Shown piece after piece: positions 60,400-64,000 of a DNA stretch of 64,000 bases. The notes below the pieces were generated by a model, which worked only from the letters and a program-made list of their open reading frames with translations, made no database searches and was not told where the DNA came from. Both the position numbers and the translations under genes were made by a program. Source of the DNA: Mobula hypostoma (lineage: Eukaryota); the NCBI RefSeq assembly GCF_963921235.1, contig NC_086097.1, positions 106,146,001 through 106,210,000 of the forward strand, given 5' to 3'. How positions within the stretch are numbered: the first letter of the stretch is position 1; every line of letters starts with the position of its first letter.

Positions 60400-62760
60400 C
60401 TTCTTTACCACCCTATCCACTTGAGTAGCCATTTCAGTGATTTATGGACAAGTTCCCTCTGTAACTCAATTCTATTAAAGTGTTTACAATCAACTCTATA
60501 TTTTCTCCTTTTAGTTGACCTCTCAAAGTGCAACACCTCATACTTGCCTGGATTAAATTCCAACTGCCGCTTCTCTTCCCATATCTGTGTCTGATCTATA
60601 GTCCAATGTATTCTTTAATAGTTCTTTGCACTGTCCACAATTCCAACAATTTTAGCATCATTCACAAATTTTCTAATTCATCCAAATACAATTTTTATCC
60701 AAATCATTGATAGATTTCATGAATAACTGAGTCTCAGCACTGATCCTTGTGGAACATCACTAGTCACAGATCTCTGTCAGAATAACACTCTTTCACTCTG
60801 CCTCTCTGTCTTTCATGGACAAGCCAGTTGCAAATCCAAACCTTCAATTTACCCTGCATCTCATGCACCTTTATCTTCTGAGCCAACCTACCATCTAACT
60901 ACAAGCAAAAATCCTTATCCTTGAGTGGGCCTACCCCCTCCTTAGTTATCCTCTTTTTCTTAATACAAGTATAAAATGCCTTGGGATTATCCTTGACCCT
61001 GCTCAATAAGCACATTTTATGGCTTCTTTTGGCTTTCCTAATTTTCCTCCTATCTTTATATTCCACAAGGGCCTAGTCTGATTTTATCTTTCTAAACTTT
61101 ACATATGCTTTCTTTACCTTCCTGACTAAATTTAGGACCTCCGGAGTCAGCCGAGATTCCGTACCTTACCATCCTTGTCCTTACAATTTACTGTATCCTG
61201 TTAATCCTGATGGTTTTTCTGATAATCCTGATGGCACAGATGGTTTTTCAACAACTCCCATGGATGTGTATGACAGCAGCTGCTCCATCTACACCCCTTA
61301 GCTCCTGTCTGCCCACTCCCAATTTTGTACCTCTTTCAAGATCTCATTTTATCCGCAAGCATAATTATTTTAAAAATGAATCAGTTGTGGTCAGGATTCC
61401 GAAAATGTTCACCCGCTATCGTCTGTCACCTGGCTCATCTCCCACTCCTGTTTGTTGCAGGAGTGATATCTCCATTTCCCTCGTTAGCAAGAGAGAACCT
61501 GTCTGAGATGTTCAAAGTGTTGGGATGGACTCTAGATTATGGTCTCTTTGGGGGCATTGTTATTACTTGCATGGTGGGGTGGTGGGGGGGGTGCGGTTGA
61601 AGCTTTTGCTGATACTTGTGTCGGGGAGGGGAGCTTTTGGGTTCTATTTGTGTATTTTTCTATTTTGTGGATGTCTGTGAAGAGTGAGAATTTCAGATGT
61701 ATGCTGTATACATTCTCTGATATTAAGCTGAGCCATTCCATCAAGGCTGATTTATTATCCCTCTTAATCCCCTTCTCCTGCTTTCTCCCCATAACCTTTG
61801 ACGCTTTTACTAATCAAGAAGCTTTAAATATACCCAATGACCTGGCCTCCGCAGCTGTCTATGGCAATGTATTCCACAGATTCACAAGCAATTGCCTAAA
61901 GATGTTCCTCCTATTCTATATTCTAAAAGTACGTTTTTGTACAATGAAGCTTTGCGCTCTGGTCCTAGACTTCCCCAGTATTGGAAACATTCTCTCCATG
62001 TCCACTCTTCTTAGGCCTTTCAAAATTCAATAGTTTTCAATGAGATCCCCCCCCTTATTCTTTTAAACTCCAGTGAATACAGGCCCAGGAACATCAAACA
62101 CTTCTCATACGTGACTCCTTTCATTCCTGAAAACATTCTTGTAAACTCCAATGTTAGCATATTTTTTCATAGATAAGGGGCGCAAAACTGCTCACAATAC
62201 TCTAAGGGCTTAGAAAACCTCAGCATTACATCCTTGTTTTTATATTCTAGTCCTCTCGAAATGAATGCTAACATTGCATTTGCCTTCTATACCATCGACT
62301 CAACTTGCAAGAAAATCCTTCAGGAATCCTATACAAGGACTCTCTGACTACGACAACCCAGTTGATTGTGCACCTGTCCATAATCTGTCCACATATTTGT
62401 AGCTCTTAGTGGCTATTTGGAGGCCTACAGAGCAATTGCACCTATCCCATTTCCGAGGTCCAACCAAATTGTGCCTGTGAATGAGCCCTTCAGTATGTTT
62501 TCTCTTAGTAGTGCTGTGACATTCACCTTTATCAGAAGTGAAACCCTTTCTCCTCTTTTATCCCCTCTCTTTCACATCTAAAGCGACAAAACCCGGAAAA
62601 TGTCGAACAGCTTGACACAACCAGGTTTCTGGAGAGGCAATACCACATTTACATGTACTTACCAGGCTGTAAGTTCATCCTCCTTACTCCTGTTGTTGAA
62701 ATAAACATTTCTTACCCTCAACCTTACCATTTATAGTCCTGCTGGTGTGGTTTCTACCCC
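60400..62760 (-). mobile_element. Mosaic of degraded CR1 fragments, with a Rex1-like tail at about 61480-61725
   Basis: 'cagcactgatccttgtggaacatcactagt' (GVPQGSVL, antisense) and 'gagatccccccccttattcttttaaactccag'. Confidence 0.6.
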
Positions 62761-62807
62761 CGCCACTGTTCCATGCTTTATCAAAGTCAGCTACAAAACA
62801 GATAGCA

Positions 62808-62940
62808 ACACAAAGAGATTCTGCAGCTGCTGGAACCTTGAGCAACACACACACAGAATTCTGGAGGAACTCAGGAATTCAGTCAGCATCTCTGGAGGGG
62901 AATAAACAGCTTTAGTTTCAGGCTGTGACCCTTATTCTGA
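62808..62940 (-). mobile_element. Old PLE 3'-terminal remnant
   Basis: 'ttctgcagctgctgga..gagcaacacacac..cagcatctctgg..gtttcaggctgtgaccctt', similar to 3110-3225; hammerhead core decayed. Confidence 0.6.
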
Positions 62941-64000
62941 TGCATTTTCCATGTATTACAAAACAGGCCATAATTGTTGCTTACTTCTGTGGCTGGCCAC
63001 ACACTACAGATTGCGCTCAGGTTCTGACAGACACATCTGCTGGGCCTCTCAGTTTACTAGACACAAACGTTAACAAAAGATCCCTTGGTTACAAATTCTG
63101 GTAAGCATATCATCTTTGCCATGGTCAATGCCGGTGAGGATGAGAGATTAGCAAGGTCACTTTCCCAATAATACATTCCCATTGCACTCATGTGGCTATT
63201 ACTGCACCTGCAGTCAATCCATTTCAGCTCTGGAAAGGACCCCATTCTATTCATGTGCAGGAAGAGGAGTCTCCAAGTACTTGCAAGCTGAAAATCTCAC
63301 TCAGAACCTCAGTGTTGATGCCAAAGTTCAGGAGTGCTGCACTCATTTCTGTATCTCCACACTGATTTATTAAACTACATGCTACCGGAAAGCGAAAGAG
63401 TGATTCTCAAGTCACAATTTCCAGAGTGTCAATAACTGTGCTGGTCTGCTGCAATGGGCATTCCACATTCTAGAGGATAGTGAAATTTATACACAGATAC
63501 ATTTGAGATTTCATTGTTGAGGTGGGGAGCACCAGGAAGTAAAGGAAGCATTTAATGCAGTAAGCGCCTTGCTCATCAGAGCAGAGGACGTCAACGTTCC
63601 GATGTTTGGTGAGAGATTCAGTTAGTCCACAGTAACTGAGAACTGAATGGAAATCTCAGTGCCTCTCACTCACAATTTCCAACAAAAAATGGTTCACAAC
63701 TATTGATAAACAAGTGCATTTGCTTGCAATAAGCCCCTGACCTTCCTAAGCACACCTTACAGTGACTTTTTTGTCTGTCAGAAAATATGTGAAATCAATT
63801 ATTTTTGCACAGAGGCATGTAACATTGATCCAACACTTCAGCATTCTGTTAAACAGCATGTACATCTGCATGTGTCACTACAAATCTTTATCCGACCTAT
63901 TCCTGACATTCCTCAATGGGCCAATCCCTGTAACTTCAGCAGAGATAGAAGAAAGATGTCTGATCAATGTTTTGAAAGCTAGGACACTCTTAACTGCCAT

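Noticed and set aside
63010..63106. Plus-strand exon ending at CTG|gtaagc
   Set aside because: Good donor and an open frame, but a weak acceptor and an unrecognised peptide.

Overview
Eukaryotic, repeat-saturated vertebrate genomic DNA. The repeat mix (CR1, Rex1/Babar, RTE, V-SINE-like SINEs, Neptune-type Penelope-like elements [PLEs]) suggests a cartilaginous fish; this is inference. I found no host protein-coding gene, rRNA, tRNA gene or CRISPR array that I can support, and nearly every long ORF is a transposon remnant. Main contents: (i) five PLE insertions with target-site duplications (TSDs), four with inverted 5' arms, carrying minimal hammerhead-ribozyme motifs near the 3' end; (ii) a full-length but decayed Gypsy element (13262-23922, minus) with a PNMA-like gag, a perfect tRNA-Pro PBS and a 67-bp minisatellite that has about 25 units in one LTR and 4 in the other; (iii) a Gmr1-type Gypsy element (PR-IN-RT-RH order, 49577-60399, minus) with a nested solo LTR, partly caught in a near-perfect 3947-bp tandem duplication; (iv) hAT and Tc1 derivatives; (v) the 3' end of a HERO/NeSL-like retrotransposon with a restriction-like endonuclease. 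The most striking signal is in the 3' UTR of (v), at 25999-26074. All hammerhead core elements are present (GUC, CUGAUGA, GAAA, stems I and III), but in a non-circularly permuted, pseudoknotted order, and stem III is extended by a canonical k-turn. All structures were read by eye and none has been tested.
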